This document shows, one piece after another, positions 63,955 to 64,000 of a DNA stretch of 64,000 nt (position 1 is its first letter; every line of letters begins with the position of its first letter). Position numbers and translations under genes: made by a program. Where the stretch lies: NCBI GenBank assembly GCA_030390025.1, contig CM059434.1, positions 122,512,001 to 122,576,000 of the forward strand, read 5' to 3'. The stretch is from Squalus acanthias. Its lineage: Eukaryota. Under the pieces are notes generated by a model. It saw only the letters and a list, made by a program, of their open reading frames with translations. It made no database searches and was not told the origin of the DNA.

Positions 63955-64000
63955 TCTCATCATAGACTCATAGATTAGTACAGCATAGAAGGAGGCCATT
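63955..64000 (-). mobile_element. CR1 3' terminus, continues beyond the window
   Basis: CATAGACTCATAGATTAGTACAGCATAGAAGGAGGCCATT. Confidence 0.75.

Noticed and set aside
1-64000. CRISPR array, operons or other prokaryotic systems
   Set aside because: Sequence is vertebrate repeat-rich DNA; no regular repeat-spacer array or gene-dense region seen.

Overview
Non-coding, AT-rich vertebrate DNA, almost certainly cartilaginous fish (shark-like), judged from its repeats: many CR1 LINE fragments, SacSINE1/AmnSINE1-type Deu-domain SINEs, L2, an RTE/BovB relic, Penelope-derived foldbacks and several MITEs. I found no intact host gene, RNA gene or confidently assignable exon; every recognisable ORF is a transposon fragment, so this is probably a long intron or intergenic region. 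The left ~22 kb is TE-dense and nested, while parts of the right half lack recognisable TEs. Most notable: (i) two families of Penelope-derived long hairpins whose loops carry minimal hammerhead ribozyme cores (core motifs intact on the minus strand at ~60005-60043); (ii) an orphan pre-miRNA-like hairpin at 5915-5992; (iii) a decayed DIRS1 gag (LAP2alpha-like) relic at ~34130-35010; (iv) three concentric inverted repeats centred near 11.6 kb around a T-box/E-box and NF-Y/RFX motif cluster; (v) an antisense L2-in-L2 insertion giving crossed pairings. All family calls come from by-eye recognition of motifs and translations, not database searches; boundaries are approximate unless TIRs/TSDs are quoted.
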